This document shows positions 62,463-64,000 of a stretch of DNA of 64,000 bases, one piece after another. Both the position numbers and the translations under genes were made by a program. This stretch comes from Ginglymostoma cirratum (Eukaryota): NCBI GenBank assembly GCA_024137785.1, contig JAHRHZ010000021.1, positions 15,454,097-15,518,096 on the forward strand, read 5' to 3'. Within the stretch, counting starts at the first letter, position 1. Every line of letters begins with the position of its first letter. The notes beneath the pieces were generated by a model. The model was not told the DNA's origin. It ran no database searches and saw only the letters and a list, made by a program, of their open reading frames with translations.

Positions 62463-64000
62463 CTTAACATTTTCAATACCTAATAACTAAATACTCGAAC
62501 TTCTGTTATACAAAATGTAAGTGTCAAATCTTGCACAAATATTATAAGCAAAGGATATATTAAAGTTTCTCAGTACATCCTCACTTGGTTTAGTCGAACT
62601 CTACAGTCATTCAGGGGACACATATCAAGAAACTTGACATAAAAAGCTACTGAGGAATGGCACAATAATGAGAGTAGTCTGTTCATGCTAAAGGCTGAAC
62701 AGACGAGACAAAAGGAAATAAGCAGTTGCTCATACTGACCATAGCCCAAGTTAAAATACTTAGCCAACCAGAAAAAAAATCACAAGGTCGACAACTACAA
62801 TGTCTTCATAAGCAAAAAGAATTTCCTCTGTAATAACTTAAGTGAACCTCAAACTTTTTAGTTTGTAGACTTTTCAAATGGAATTAATGGACCTCCAATC
62901 TAAATGCTCTACAACACTAACCTTATTTCAAAAATATACTTTAGTCATAAGAAATCTTTAAAGAAGGTCACTAAAGCAGTCTGTACAGTCACTGCACATA
63001 AAAAACGGCTTTGGGTTTTTTCCAATTATGCAGGATACCATTTGCATACATCTGTGGCACCTGGAGGGTCCAATAACTGATACAAAAGTGCTGTGCATAA
63101 AAGAGATTTTATGTTTGTTTGTTACACAAGCATTTGTTTAACAATTTAAGAACTATCTATCTGATGTTGACAGTGATGTGACATACCAGACAGAGATAAA
63201 GGAATAGTCTGACTCCATTAACATTCTAATGTAAGCTGAATGAACTGCTGGCAATAGGAATAAACGCTGCATGTTAATATCAAACATATTTGACCAGTTC
63301 ACAGTTGACATTCAGGTAAAATCAGTACCAACAGTAGCAACACCATCATTGGAATATTAAATCGGTTCATGGTAATTCCCAGAAGTTTCCTTCCCTCCAA
63401 ATTGGGAGTCCTCACCTGAATGGGATATTCTTAAATATGTTGCACACTAGTACAAACTGAGCTTAATTTCTCAGTTATTTAAAATAAATCACGTAATGAC
63501 AATTTATTATTTATGATTTACATTACAGTATAATAGTACGAATAATGAAAAGTTCAACTGAGCTCTGTGATTATATTACTGTCTTGGTTTGATTCTAATA
63601 AACAGAATATGCTGGAAAAACTTCAACAGACCAGTTATTGTAGTCTAACTTGTTCACAATGTAAATTCACCTGAATTTCATAACAGCAGTTGGCTTCCAC
63701 CTATCTTGCTCCCATGCCAAAAGTAAAGACCGTCTGCCTGAAACCAGAGTAGCCCAGATACCTAACACGACAAAGGGGGCAGAATATTTGGAATCTCTCT
63801 AGGAGCATCAGATATGTAACTCATGAACACCCTGTGTAGGACTGAAGTTCTTTTGAGTTCATACAAAGTGCAGAGCTTGCCTAATTCTTATTCCTCGCCT
63901 TTCACCATTATGTTTTTCCTTCTCTTGCATATAAGAGATTATTTCATGAATAAAGATCACAACAGACTGGAGTTTGAAAGCCTACAAGTTTTCCTAGAAT

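Noticed and set aside
1-64000. Prokaryotic-type novel system (CRISPR array, operon, defence island)
   Set aside because: The DNA is vertebrate exon-intron sequence. There are no regularly spaced repeat-spacer arrays and no long non-exonic ORFs.
62770-64000. ZFC3H1 exon 1, promoter or intronic snoRNA
   Set aside because: AT-rich with no CpG island, no N-terminal EEGELEDGEI-type coding sequence, and no convincing C/D or H/ACA box arrangement.

Overview
Eukaryotic, AT-rich, CpG-depleted genomic DNA from a cartilaginous fish. The species group is inferred from the repeat families (HER1/CR1 LINEs, HE1 SINE, SacSINE1-type DeuSINE, shark Penelope-like elements); a carpet shark is plausible but not provable here. 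One gene dominates the window: ZFC3H1 (PAXT nuclear-exosome adaptor) on the minus strand. I traced 34 coding exons (numbered 2-35 by analogy to the human gene) from 62439 down to the stop at 5679. They total 5429 nt, every internal junction is GT-AG and all phases are compatible. Exon 1 and the promoter lie beyond the right edge. Introns are filled with degenerate LINE, SINE and Penelope-like fragments, and most ORFs in the track are spurious. No prokaryote-type system is present. The best leads are splicing-level: a U12-like acceptor before exon 2 with an adjacent 42-nt micro-exon candidate bounded by U12-like signals, two candidate poison cassette exons, hammerhead-motif Penelope insertions with TSDs (one 10-20 nt from a splice acceptor), and two co-oriented CTCF motifs. 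All of these are sequence-based hypotheses that need RNA-seq or alignment checks.
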